The translations under genes were made by a program, and so were the position numbers. From Candidatus Omnitrophota bacterium (GTDB lineage Bacteria > Omnitrophota > Gorgyraeia > JAFGHF01): 64,000 nucleotides of DNA. The stretch covers positions 216,209 through 280,208 of the forward strand of contig CP070837.1 in the NCBI GenBank assembly GCA_020341815.1. The letters are read 5' to 3'. Position 1 is the stretch's first letter, and the number at the start of each line of letters is the position of its first letter. The notes under the pieces are model-generated. The model ran no database searches. It was not told the origin of the DNA and saw only the letters and a program-made list of their open reading frames with translations. Shown in pieces: positions 26,258 to 36,237 of this stretch.

Positions 26258-27550
26258 ATGATTAAGAGATATACGCTTCCCGAGATGGGCCGCATTTGGG
26301 AAGATGAGAATAAGTTTCATTGGATGTTACAGGTAGAACTCTTAGTCTGCGAAGCCTTAAGCCGAGAAGGTAAAATTCCCAAAGAGGCCCTGAATAATAT
26401 CAAACAAAGAGCCAAAATCGACCTTACCCGTATCCAGGAAATAGAAAATAAGACCCGCCATGATATTATCGCTTTTGTCGCCCAGGTTTGTGAAAATTTA
26501 AAGGAAGAATCCCGCTATTTCCACTTTGGCTTGACCTCGAGTGACCTTTTAGATACGGTTTTGGCAGTAAATTTAAGAGAAGCGGCAAAGATTTTAATTG
26601 CGGATACCAAAAAACTCCTGAACTCTTGCGCTAAACGGGCCCGGGAACATAAACGCACTGTCTGCGTAGGCAGAACGCATGGCATGCATGCTGAGCCGAT
26701 TACCTTTGGGCTAAAACTTGCCCTTTTCTACGACGAAATGAAGCGCAATCTGCAAAGCTTAGAAGAGGCGCTTGAGGCTATAAGTTATGGTAAGATTTCC
26801 GGAGCAGTAGGCACTTATGCCCATCTTTCCCCCGCCGTAGAGGCGTATGTTTGCAAAAAATTAAATCTTAAACCCGCAGGTATCGCCAGCCAGATAATCC
26901 CCCGCGACAGGCATGCGCGCTTTATCAGCTCGCTTGCCCTTGTGGGCAGCTCGTTAGAAAGGTTTGCCCAGGAAATCCGCCACTTACAGCGCAGTGAAGT
27001 GGCCGAGGTCTTGGAGCCTTTTACCAAGACGCAGAAAGGCTCAAGCGCCATGCCGCATAAGCGCAATCCTATTCTTTGCGAGAGAATCTGCGGCTTGGCT
27101 CGTATCTTAAGAGGCAATGCCCAGGTGGCCCTGGAAAATATTGCCCTCTGGCACGAGCGGGATATCAGCCATTCCTCGGCGGAAAGAATAATTATCCCTG
27201 ACTCGACAATCCTGCTTGACTATATGCTCCAGAAGTTTAACTGGGTTGTAGAAAATTTGGTAGTATATAAGGACAAGATGGAAGAAAATCTGGAAGAGAG
27301 CCGTGGGCTAATCTTTTCCCAGCGGTTGCTTTTACGCCTGATGGAAAAGGGCCTCTCCAGAATCGAAAGTTATGATTTGGTCCAGCAGGCCGCATCGCGT
27401 CTCTGGGAGACAAATTTGAACTTTAAAGACGTCCTGATGAATACCCCCGAGATTAAAAAATATCTTAAGGTTCAGGAGATTGAGGATTGCTTTAACGTAA
27501 ATTCATACTTGAAGTATGTAGATAATATATTTAAACAGGTAGGATTGTAA
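26258..27550 (+). CDS. purB: Adenylosuccinate lyase
   Basis: Fumarate-lyase signature GSSAMPHKRNP. Start at ATG 26258 after RBS GGAGAGGAGG; the track's 26171 start is upstream in a leader. Confidence 0.85.
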   Translation: MIKRYTLPEMGRIWEDENKFHWMLQVELLVCEALSREGKIPKEALNNIKQRAKIDLTRIQEIENKTRHDIIAFVAQVCENLKEESRYFHFGLTSSDLLDTVLAVNLREAAKILIADTKKLLNSCAKRAREHKRTVCVGRTHGMHAEPITFGLKLALFYDEMKRNLQSLEEALEAISYGKISGAVGTYAHLSPAVEAYVCKKLNLKPAGIASQIIPRDRHARFISSLALVGSSLERFAQEIRHLQRSEVAEVLEPFTKTQKGSSAMPHKRNPILCERICGLARILRGNAQVALENIALWHERDISHSSAERIIIPDSTILLDYMLQKFNWVVENLVVYKDKMEENLEESRGLIFSQRLLLRLMEKGLSRIESYDLVQQAASRLWETNLNFKDVLMNTPEIKKYLKVQEIEDCFNVNSYLKYVDNIFKQVGL

Positions 27551-27554
27551 GACC

Positions 27555-28259
27555 GTGAAGAAGGGCAAACTTATTTACGAAGGTAAAGCCAAGAGGGTGT
27601 ATGAAACCGATAACCCGGACCTTTTGATTCAGGAATTTAAAGACGATGCCACCGCCTTTGACGCCAAAAAGCGGGGCACAATAAAGAATAAGGGTGTCTG
27701 TAATAACGAAATCTCCGCCCGGCTTTTCGGGCTTTTGGACTGCCGGGGCGTGCCTACGCATTTTGTCAAGCTTTTAAGCGCACGGGAAATGCTGGTAAAA
27801 AGACTGGAGATTGTGCCGGTTGAGGTAACTATCCGCAATGTTGTGGCCGGTGGTATGGCCAGGATGTTCGGACTTGAAGAAGGCACAACCCTTTGCCCTC
27901 CGGTTTTGGAATATCATTATAAAAACGATGCCTTAGGCGACCCTCTGATGAATGAATACCACATCTTTGCCCTGAAATTGGCTGAAGAAAGAGAACTTAA
28001 AACAATTGCTAAATATTCATTTGAGATCAATCGCATACTATCGAAATTCTTCGATGAGCGCAATTTAAAGCTCATCGATTTCAAATTGGAATTCGGTCGG
28101 CACAGGGGCAAAATTTTATTAGGCGATGAAATTTCGCCTGATACCTGTCGTCTGTGGGATAAAGCTACGAATAAAAAGTTAGATAAGGACAGATTCCGCC
28201 GCGACCTGGGAAATATAGAAGAGGCCTATCAGGAAGTATTGCATAGGGTATTGGGATAA
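27555..28259 (+). CDS. purC: SAICAR synthetase
   Basis: 234 aa, GTG start. Starts IYEGKAKRVYE and carries the RLEIVPVEV motif. Confidence 0.85.
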   Translation: MKKGKLIYEGKAKRVYETDNPDLLIQEFKDDATAFDAKKRGTIKNKGVCNNEISARLFGLLDCRGVPTHFVKLLSAREMLVKRLEIVPVEVTIRNVVAGGMARMFGLEEGTTLCPPVLEYHYKNDALGDPLMNEYHIFALKLAEERELKTIAKYSFEINRILSKFFDERNLKLIDFKLEFGRHRGKILLGDEISPDTCRLWDKATNKKLDKDRFRRDLGNIEEAYQEVLHRVLG

Positions 28260-28267
28260 AAACAGAT

Positions 28268-29287
28268 ATGCCCAAAAGAAATATTACATATAAAAAGGCG
28301 GGAGTGGATATCGATAAGGCCGAGGCCTTTGTGCAGCAGATAAGGGAGTCGGTTCAATCCACGCGACGGCCGGGATGGTTAAGAGATATCGGCTCATTCG
28401 GCGGTTTTTTCGAGCTCCCTAAAAAATATAAAAATCCTATTCTGGTTTCATCGTCCGACGGAGTGGGCACAAAATTAAAGCTGGCATTCCTGGCCGATAT
28501 CCACGATACCGTGGGCATCGATCTGGTGGCGATGAATGTGAATGACTGTCTTTCGTCAGGGGCAGAGCCCTTGTTTTTCCTGGATTATATCGCTACAGGA
28601 AAACTGGAAAAGGAAAAATTAGTCGATGTCGTTAAAGGCATTGCCGCCGGTTGCCGCGAAGCTAACTGCGCTTTAATCGGAGGAGAGACCGCCGAGATGC
28701 CCGGCTTCTACCGCGAAGGAGAGTATGACTTGTCGGGCTTCTGCGTAGGAGTAGTGGAAAAAAGTAAAATAATCGACGGCTCCAAAATAAAGTTAAAAGA
28801 TAAGGTAATCGGCCTGGCCTCCTCGGGCCTGCATTCCAATGGTTTTTCTCTGGTAAGAAAGATATTTTCTGAAAAAGAATTGAAAAAACGCGCCAAAGAG
28901 TTCTTAACTCCGACGCGTATTTATGCTAAAGCAGTTTTATCTTTACTGCGAAATACGGAATACGCACGAGGCAATAAAATAAAAGGTATTGCCCATATAA
29001 CCGGCGGCGCTTTTATCGACAAGGTTCCCCGGATAATTCCTGAAGGATTAGCTATTCGGCTCTTTGAAGACTCCTGGCCCGTGCCGCCCCTCTTTGAGGA
29101 AATTAAGGTCCGCGCAGGCCTGAATAAATATGAGATGTTTCGCACCTTCAATATGGGAATAGGTATGGTCTTGGTAGTCTCTGTCGAGAGTTCCGAAAAG
29201 ATAATAAAACTATTAAAGCAAAAGTTTAATTTGAACTCCTGGATTATCGGCGAGATAACACGGGGCAAAAGAGAAGTAAAGATATGA
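28268..29287 (+). CDS. purM: AIR synthetase
   Basis: 339 aa. PurM-family motifs DGVGTKL and GIAHITGGG. Confidence 0.85.
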   Translation: MPKRNITYKKAGVDIDKAEAFVQQIRESVQSTRRPGWLRDIGSFGGFFELPKKYKNPILVSSSDGVGTKLKLAFLADIHDTVGIDLVAMNVNDCLSSGAEPLFFLDYIATGKLEKEKLVDVVKGIAAGCREANCALIGGETAEMPGFYREGEYDLSGFCVGVVEKSKIIDGSKIKLKDKVIGLASSGLHSNGFSLVRKIFSEKELKKRAKEFLTPTRIYAKAVLSLLRNTEYARGNKIKGIAHITGGAFIDKVPRIIPEGLAIRLFEDSWPVPPLFEEIKVRAGLNKYEMFRTFNMGIGMVLVVSVESSEKIIKLLKQKFNLNSWIIGEITRGKREVKI

Positions 29288-30555
29288 AGGTTTTAGTTGT
29301 CGGCTCGGGGGGACGCGAACACTGCCTGGTTTGGAAGATTGCCCAGTCGGACAGAATCAAAGAAATCTTTTGCGCCCCGGGAAATGGCGGGACGGAGAGC
29401 TTAGCTAGAAATATTAATATCCCCGCTTCAGACATTAAGACCTTAGCCGATTTTGCGAAATCAGAGGCGATTGACCTGAGCGTTGTTGGGCCGGAAGTGC
29501 CTTTGGTCGGGGGCATTGTTGATGAGTTTCTTCGACGTGGCCTGAAGATATTTGGCTCCCGAGAGGAAGTTGCCCGCCTGGAAGGCAGTAAGGTCTTTGC
29601 TAAAGAAGTAATGGCGAAGTTTTCTCTGCCCACGGCAGAGTTCCGCATCTTTGACGATAAAAGACAAGCCGCGGATTATATTCGCACGCGAAGCGCTCCC
29701 TTGGTCGTGAAGGCCGATGGCCTAGCCAGCGGAAAAGGCGTATTTGTCTGTGAAAGTACCGATGAGGCTTTGGCAGCCATAAAGATAATTATGGCAGAGA
29801 GAAAATTCGGAGATGCCGGAGGCCGCATAGTAGTTGAGGAGTGCCTCAGAGGTGAGGAGGCTTCAATCCTGGCATTTTCCGATGGAGAAAACATTCTGCC
29901 TCTGGCCTCCTCGCAGGACCACAAGAGGATTTACGATGGCGACCGGGGAGCAAATACAGGTGGCATGGGCGCATATTCACCGGCTCCCGTAATTACAGAG
30001 GCACTCAATCAGAAGATAAATAGCGAAATCCTGCAGCCTCTGATATCAGGTTTGAATAATGAGGGGAAAAAATATATCGGTATGCTTTACGTAGGTCTGA
30101 TGCTTACCGATAGTGGCCCCAAGATATTGGAGTTTAATGTGCGTTTCGGCGACCCGGAGACTCAGGCAATTCTGCCCAGATTAAAGAATGATTTGGTAGA
30201 GGTTATGCTGGCGACGATAGAAGGCAAACTGGATAAAGTAACTTTATCCTGGGAGAGGCGTCCCTGCATATGTGTGGTTATAGCCTCAGGAGGCTATCCA
30301 CAAGAGTATGAAAAGAATAAGGAAATCTTTGGCTTGAACCAGACAGAAAAGCTTCCCGATACATTTATTTTTCACGCCGGCACCAGAAGGGAAAAAGAGA
30401 AATGCTTTACAACGGGCGGGCGTGTATTGAATGTAGCGGCTTTGGGAGATACGCTTGATAAGGCTAAGGCGCGCGCCTATCAGGCAATCGAGAAAATAAA
30501 GTTTGAAAAAATGTATTTTCGCCGGGATATCGGCTGGAGGGCATTGCAAAGATGA
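29284..30555 (+). CDS. purD: Phosphoribosylamine-glycine ligase
   Basis: 423 aa. [14 protein letters not shown]-terminus, ATP-grasp. Confidence 0.85.
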   Translation: MKVLVVGSGGREHCLVWKIAQSDRIKEIFCAPGNGGTESLARNINIPASDIKTLADFAKSEAIDLSVVGPEVPLVGGIVDEFLRRGLKIFGSREEVARLEGSKVFAKEVMAKFSLPTAEFRIFDDKRQAADYIRTRSAPLVVKADGLASGKGVFVCESTDEALAAIKIIMAERKFGDAGGRIVVEECLRGEEASILAFSDGENILPLASSQDHKRIYDGDRGANTGGMGAYSPAPVITEALNQKINSEILQPLISGLNNEGKKYIGMLYVGLMLTDSGPKILEFNVRFGDPETQAILPRLKNDLVEVMLATIEGKLDKVTLSWERRPCICVVIASGGYPQEYEKNKEIFGLNQTEKLPDTFIFHAGTRREKEKCFTTGGRVLNVAALGDTLDKAKARAYQAIEKIKFEKMYFRRDIGWRALQR

Positions 30556-31031
30556 AACCAGATGTCGCAATAATAATGGGAAGCAAATCCGATTTGCCTG
30601 TTATGTCCGAGGCAGAAAAAATGCTTGATTCTTTCGGGGTAAAGGCCGAGATAAAAGTCCTTTCGGCGCACCGCACGCCGCTGGCCACCATCAATTATGC
30701 GGTTTCAGCCAGGCAAAGAGGCATAAAGGTGATTATTGCCGGCGCCGGAGGTGCTGCGCATTTGGCGGGCGTAGTCGCTGCGCACACTACCTTACCGGTT
30801 ATCGGCGTGCCTATGCCCAGCAGGCATCTTAAGGGAATAGATTCCTTGTTTTCTACGGTGCAGATGCCCTCAGGCGTGCCGGTGGCAACCATGGCTATAG
30901 GGGCATCGGGTGCGAAGAACGCGGGTATTCTGGCGGTGCAGATTATAGCGCTGGAGAACGAAAAGTTAGAGAAAAGATTAGTCAATTTCAAAAAGAAGCT
31001 CGCCGCTTCGATTAAGCGAAAGAAGGGATAA
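30552..31031 (+). CDS. purE: N5-CAIR mutase
   Basis: 159 aa. PurE-family motifs IMGSKSD and AGGAAHL. Confidence 0.85.
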   Translation: MKPDVAIIMGSKSDLPVMSEAEKMLDSFGVKAEIKVLSAHRTPLATINYAVSARQRGIKVIIAGAGGAAHLAGVVAAHTTLPVIGVPMPSRHLKGIDSLFSTVQMPSGVPVATMAIGASGAKNAGILAVQIIALENEKLEKRLVNFKKKLAASIKRKKG

Positions 31032-31033
31032 TA

Positions 31034-32086
31034 ATGATTCAGCAGATTATAGAGCAGAGCTTTTTGGGAAATCGTATTCTGGATTATCTGATTTCTGCTC
31101 TTTTGTTCTTGATAGGCTTCGGTGTTATTAAAATATTCCAGTGTTTTGTTCTCAAGCGCTTAAAGGCCTGGGCGCAGAAGACGGCTACCACCCTGGATGA
31201 TTTCCTTGTGAAGATTATCCAAAGCATCCTTCTTCCTTTGGCTTATTTCGGTGCTTTTTATTTAAGCGTAACCACTTTAAGCTTAAATCCTCTGGTAAAA
31301 AGAGGCATTGATATTATAGGCATGGCCATCCTGACTTTATTTGCCGCGCGCCTGGGCACAGTTATTGCAGGTTATGGATTTAAGGTTTACCGGGCGAAAA
31401 GAGCGGAAGATGCGACTTTAGAGCGCAGTCTAAGCGGGATTTTAAAAGTAATAAAAGTAATTATATGGGCACTGGCCATTATCTTCTTCCTGGATAATCT
31501 GGGGTTTAAGATATCGGCTATTATTGCCGGCTTGGGTATCGGCGGCGTAGCCGTAGCTTTAGCCGCACAGGCAATTTTAGGGGATTTATTCAGTTATTTC
31601 GCTATATTATTCGACCGGCCCTTCGAAGTCGGAGATTTCATTATATTAGAAGACTTTCTGGGGACTATCGAACATATTGGAATTAAGACCACGCGCTTGC
31701 GCAGTCTAAGCGGGGAACAGTTAGTCTTCGCCAACACCGATCTTACAAAATCCCGCCTGCGTAACTATAAACGGATGGGAAAAAGAAGGGTTGTCTTTAA
31801 GCTCGGCGTTACATATCAGACAAGCCTTGAAAAACTAAAAGCCATACCGGGGATGATAGAGAATATTATAAAAAGTGTTGAAAATACTGCTTTTGACCGG
31901 GCGCATTTTTTCTCCTACGGAGATTTCAGTCTTGTATTTGAAATTGTCTATTATGTTATGAGCAGGGACTACAATCAATATATGGATATCCAGCAGGAGA
32001 TTAATTTTGCCATAAAGAAAGAGTTTAAGGCGCGGGGTATCGAATTTGCTTATCCCACGCAGACATTGTATTTAAATAAGAGCTGA
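31034..32086 (+). CDS. Mechanosensitive ion channel, MscS family
   Basis: 350 aa. 3-4 TM helices followed by the MscS beta-domain (F..GD.I..E...G.I..IG...T.L). Confidence 0.75.
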   Translation: MIQQIIEQSFLGNRILDYLISALLFLIGFGVIKIFQCFVLKRLKAWAQKTATTLDDFLVKIIQSILLPLAYFGAFYLSVTTLSLNPLVKRGIDIIGMAILTLFAARLGTVIAGYGFKVYRAKRAEDATLERSLSGILKVIKVIIWALAIIFFLDNLGFKISAIIAGLGIGGVAVALAAQAILGDLFSYFAILFDRPFEVGDFIILEDFLGTIEHIGIKTTRLRSLSGEQLVFANTDLTKSRLRNYKRMGKRRVVFKLGVTYQTSLEKLKAIPGMIENIIKSVENTAFDRAHFFSYGDFSLVFEIVYYVMSRDYNQYMDIQQEINFAIKKEFKARGIEFAYPTQTLYLNKS

Positions 32087-32091
32087 ATAAA

Positions 32092-33576
32092 ATGCCTAGC
32101 AATAAAGAAAAACTGCAAAGAACCGTTCGCGAGAAGTTAAAAGACTACCAGGTGGTGGTAGCCTCCAACCGCGAGCCATATCTGCATTATTTAAAAGAAG
32201 GAAAGATTGCCTATCTTAAGCCGCCCGGGGGCGCTGCGCATACGCTGGATTCAATTCTTCAGGCCTGCGGGGGAACATGGGTTGCTTACGGCAGCGGGAA
32301 TGCCGATAAAAAGGTTGTGGATGCCCAGGGCCGGGTTCGCCTGCCTCCCGATGAGCCTTCCTATACCTTAAAAAGAGTGTGGCTAAGCAAAGAAGAGGTA
32401 GATGGATACTATTACGGCTTCTCAAATCAGGCGCTGTGGCCCTTATGTCATATTGTTTATACCCGCCCGATATTCAGACAATCCGATTGGAAATATTATC
32501 AACAGGTGAATAAGATGTTTGCCGAGGCCGTACTTAAGGAAATAGGCAGAAATCGCGCTTTTGTCTGGATTCAGGACTATCATCTGGCGCTTTTGGCTAA
32601 ATATATCAAGGAAAAAAGAAAAGATGTAATCTGTGCGCAATTCTGGCATATACCCTGGCCGAACCCTGAGGCCTTTAGAATCTGTCCGATGAAAAAGGAA
32701 ATTCTTCAGGGGCTTCTAGCCAATGATATGCTCGCCTTTCACGTGCGCTATTATGATGAAAATTTTATCAGCGCGGTGGAAAGGGAAATCGAGGCCCGCA
32801 CCGATAAAGAAAAGACTTCCCTGATTTGCCATGGCCACGAAACTATAATCAGGGCTTTTCCCATCAGTGTGGATTTTCAAAAGGTGAGCCATGAGGTTGA
32901 TTCTACAGCCGTCAAAGAGCGCACTATGCGCTTCAAAGAGGAATTTTCTCTGGGCGAAGATATGAAGGTTATCTTTGGCTTGGATAGAATCGATTATACC
33001 AAGGGAATCCCGGAGAGACTAAAGGCCATAGGCCGTCTTCTGGAGAAATACCCCCAATATAAAGAGCGTTTCGTCTTTATTCAAATGGGCGCTTTAAGCC
33101 GCGTGCATATTTCCCAATACCGGGATTTGAACGATGAAATAAATGATCTGGTGGAAGAGATTAACTGGAAATATTCGACCGAGAACTGGTCGCCGATTAT
33201 CTTTGTAAGAAGGACGTTGTCTTTCCTGGAGACCCTGGCGCTTTATCGCCTGGGGGATATCTGCGTAGTCAGCTCTCTCCACGACGGAATGAATATCGTA
33301 GCCAAAGAATATATTTGCGCTAAAAATAATTTAGACGCAGTGCTTCTTTTGAGCCAGTTTACCGGAGCAGCCCGCGAGCTTCCCGAGGCGCTGATGATTA
33401 ATCCCTATGATATCGAAGACTTCGCCGAAAAAATAAAAGATTCTATAGAGATGTCTAGGGAAGAAAAGGCCCAGAGAATGAAGAAGCTCCGTGAGACTAT
33501 AGCCGACAACGATATCTATAAATGGGCAGATAAATTTATTAATGAGCTGGCTAAGACCTTAAAAGTCTTGCGTTGA
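32092..33576 (+). CDS. otsA: Alpha,alpha-trehalose-phosphate synthase (GT20)
   Basis: 494 aa. GT20 motifs WIQDYHL, HIPWP, FGLDRIDYTKGI and LHDGMNIVAKEY. Confidence 0.8.
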   Translation: MPSNKEKLQRTVREKLKDYQVVVASNREPYLHYLKEGKIAYLKPPGGAAHTLDSILQACGGTWVAYGSGNADKKVVDAQGRVRLPPDEPSYTLKRVWLSKEEVDGYYYGFSNQALWPLCHIVYTRPIFRQSDWKYYQQVNKMFAEAVLKEIGRNRAFVWIQDYHLALLAKYIKEKRKDVICAQFWHIPWPNPEAFRICPMKKEILQGLLANDMLAFHVRYYDENFISAVEREIEARTDKEKTSLICHGHETIIRAFPISVDFQKVSHEVDSTAVKERTMRFKEEFSLGEDMKVIFGLDRIDYTKGIPERLKAIGRLLEKYPQYKERFVFIQMGALSRVHISQYRDLNDEINDLVEEINWKYSTENWSPIIFVRRTLSFLETLALYRLGDICVVSSLHDGMNIVAKEYICAKNNLDAVLLLSQFTGAARELPEALMINPYDIEDFAEKIKDSIEMSREEKAQRMKKLRETIADNDIYKWADKFINELAKTLKVLR

Positions 33577-34772
33577 CCCTAGAAAGAGAGAATAAGATGC
33601 GCATTGCTATGTTGCACTGGGGATTTCCCCCGATTATCGGGGGCGTAGAGACGCACCTGACTATGCTCTGCCCGGAACTGGTAAGGAAAGGCCATAAAGT
33701 ATTTTTACTTACTTCTTCCGTAGAGGGTTTAGGGAAGATAGAAGAAGATTTTGCCGGCAGCGCTATAAAAAGAACTCCCTTGATGGATTTGAATTGGCTT
33801 TATAAGAGAGGCCTGGAAGGTCTGGATGACAGAGTTGAGGAGGCTTTTTCGGATTTTATAGAGCGGGCCCATCCCGATATTATTCATGCGCACAATATGC
33901 ACTATTTCAGTCATGTCCACGCCAAGACCTTAGAGTCGTTGGCAAAAAAGAAAGGCGTTCCTCTGGTCTTGACGGCCCATAATGTCTGGGATGATATTGT
34001 TTTTTTAGATTTAACCCTGGGTATCGGCTGGGATGCAATAATAGCGGTAAGTGAATTTATTGCCCGGGAGTTAGTTAGTGTGGGCCTATCCAAGAAAAGA
34101 GTAACCGTTGTCCATCACGGCATCGATATAGATAAGTTTATCCCCGGCAAAGCAGGCAGGGTCTTTAAAAAATATCCCATGCTTAAAAATAGAAGAATAA
34201 TTTTTCATCCTGCGCGCACGGGATTGGCTAAAGGAAGCGATATCAGCGTAAAGGCCTTAAGGATTATCAAGAAAACCATACCCGACGCTCTATTAATCCT
34301 GGCAGGTACCAGAAGAATAATCGATTGGGGCTCTACGCAGCATAAAGATCTCGCCTATATTACCCAGCTGGTGAAAAGATTTGGCCTGGAGAAGGATACG
34401 TTTGTAGATGTATTTACCAGAAAAGAAATGCCGGAATTATATCAGGCCTCCGAAATCGTCATTTATCCTTCATCGGTAAGTGAGCCCTTTGGCCTGACTA
34501 TGCTGGAGGCAATGGCCTGCAGCCGGCCGATGATAGTGACCAATTCCGGAGGAATGCCGGAGATTATCAAAGACGGCGTGAATGGTTTTGTGATTAAGGT
34601 CAGGGACTATAAGGCCCTGGCGGATAGATGCATCAGCCTTTTTCAAAACGAAGACTTAAAGGCTTCTCTGGGGCAAACAGGCAGGGAAATAGCCGAGGAG
34701 AAGTTCACTCAAGGCATAATGACGGAAAACACTCTCAGCGTCTACCGAAAACTCGTAGGCAAGAAAAAGTAA
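33573..34772 (+). CDS. Glycosyltransferase family 4 (GT-B, group 1)
   Basis: 399 aa. E..(9)..PSSVSEPFGLTMLEAMACSRP retaining GT-B EX7E region. Confidence 0.7.
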   Translation: MTLERENKMRIAMLHWGFPPIIGGVETHLTMLCPELVRKGHKVFLLTSSVEGLGKIEEDFAGSAIKRTPLMDLNWLYKRGLEGLDDRVEEAFSDFIERAHPDIIHAHNMHYFSHVHAKTLESLAKKKGVPLVLTAHNVWDDIVFLDLTLGIGWDAIIAVSEFIARELVSVGLSKKRVTVVHHGIDIDKFIPGKAGRVFKKYPMLKNRRIIFHPARTGLAKGSDISVKALRIIKKTIPDALLILAGTRRIIDWGSTQHKDLAYITQLVKRFGLEKDTFVDVFTRKEMPELYQASEIVIYPSSVSEPFGLTMLEAMACSRPMIVTNSGGMPEIIKDGVNGFVIKVRDYKALADRCISLFQNEDLKASLGQTGREIAEEKFTQGIMTENTLSVYRKLVGKKK

Positions 34773-34773
34773 T

Positions 34774-35559
34774 ATGCAATACATCTTCGATTATTGGCCC
34801 GGCCTAAAGCCGAGATTGCAAGCAGCCAAGCGCATTCTTTTATGTTTAGACTTTGACGGCACCCTTACTCCCATTAAGCCGACTCCGCATGAACCTAAGC
34901 TTGAGAGAGATATTAAGTTGCTTTTGCGCAGGATATCTCAAGATAAATCTTTTGTTGTGGGAATTGTCAGCGGCCGTACATTAAAAGATATCAAGAATAG
35001 AGTCGATATTAAAAGCTTATTCTTCGCCGGCAATCACGGACTGGAAATCTTTTATAAGAATAAAAAGTTTATTTATCCTGCGGCAAAAAAATATGTTCCG
35101 ATATTCAAGCGAATTTCCCTGAGCTTAAAAAAACATTTAAAGCTTTTCCCGGGAGCTATTTTAGAGGATAAGGGTTTTAGCCTGAGCTTGCATTACCGCC
35201 TGGTTAAAAAAGAAGAAGTCCACGCGCTTAAGAAAATATTTTTAAAGATTATCGAACCTTATTTAGCCAGGCAGAAGATAAAATTAACTTACGGTAAAAA
35301 GGTCTGGGAGCTCAAGCCCCCTGTAGAGTGGGATAAAGGAAAGGCCGTCGTAAAGTTGGCAGAAAAGTTCAAAGCAAAGGATTTGTTTACTCTATATATA
35401 GGGGATGATGTGACCGATGAAGATGCCTTCCGGGCGGTAAATAGAATTAAGGGAATGAGTATCCGCGTAGGGCAAAAAAGGGCTTCGGCTGCGCAATATT
35501 ACCTGAAGAGTGCTCAAGAGACCAAGAGGCTTTTAGAGAAGATAGACGAGCTTAAATGA
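34774..35559 (+). CDS. otsB: Trehalose-6-phosphate phosphatase (HAD-IIB)
   Basis: LLCLDFDGTLTPI HAD motif I. GDDVTDEDAF motif. Confidence 0.75.
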   Translation: MQYIFDYWPGLKPRLQAAKRILLCLDFDGTLTPIKPTPHEPKLERDIKLLLRRISQDKSFVVGIVSGRTLKDIKNRVDIKSLFFAGNHGLEIFYKNKKFIYPAAKKYVPIFKRISLSLKKHLKLFPGAILEDKGFSLSLHYRLVKKEEVHALKKIFLKIIEPYLARQKIKLTYGKKVWELKPPVEWDKGKAVVKLAEKFKAKDLFTLYIGDDVTDEDAFRAVNRIKGMSIRVGQKRASAAQYYLKSAQETKRLLEKIDELK

Positions 35560-36233
35560 AGAAATTAAAAAAGGCAAAACAGGCCTTTACTTTTTACACG
35601 CGTTTGCATCTGCAGGAGTTAACCGGGTATAAAGCACGCGACCTTAAAGGGCTTCTTAAGGGCATTAAAGAGCTTTCCGGTTCCGTCATCTATCACCATA
35701 CCCACCGCTTTCTCCAGCAGCATCAGTTTCTTTCGCCGGAACCCCCCAATGATTTTGCCTATTGGGTAGCGGAGGTCTTGGGGGAGCACAAATTAGGGGA
35801 AGAACTGGCCAGCGTCGATGTAATTCAATTCTCCAGTATCCGCGCCTTAAGAGAAAAGCTTATCCAGACTATCGAAAATCATATCCGCTATATGGAAAAT
35901 ACAGGCCGGGGGCAATTCCGCGTCTCAGGCATGGAGGAGCAATTTCATTTTATTAAGACTATAAGTTTTGTCTTTCCCACTTCTTATGTAGTGCATAACC
36001 TTTTAGAATTTGTAGAATCCTTGAAGAAAGTCACGATTAATTCCATATATTTTCATGTTTTCGAAGCAAAGTTGCGCCTGGAAAAAAGCATAAATGATTT
36101 TTCTTACTGGATTGATACCAACTGCGGGGAAAATGAGCTTTCCAAGGAACTGGCCCGGCTCGACCCTTATACATATACCCTGGAAGGATTAAGGACAAAA
36201 ATTATTAATCTGATCGAGAAAAGGATAAAATAA
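35556..36233 (+). CDS. Hypothetical protein, 225 aa, embedded in the trehalose cluster
   Basis: Tight coupling (ATGA overlaps with neighbours). No family motif recognised. Confidence 0.5.
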   Translation: MKKLKKAKQAFTFYTRLHLQELTGYKARDLKGLLKGIKELSGSVIYHHTHRFLQQHQFLSPEPPNDFAYWVAEVLGEHKLGEELASVDVIQFSSIRALREKLIQTIENHIRYMENTGRGQFRVSGMEEQFHFIKTISFVFPTSYVVHNLLEFVESLKKVTINSIYFHVFEAKLRLEKSINDFSYWIDTNCGENELSKELARLDPYTYTLEGLRTKIINLIEKRIK

Positions 36234-36237
36234 CTTA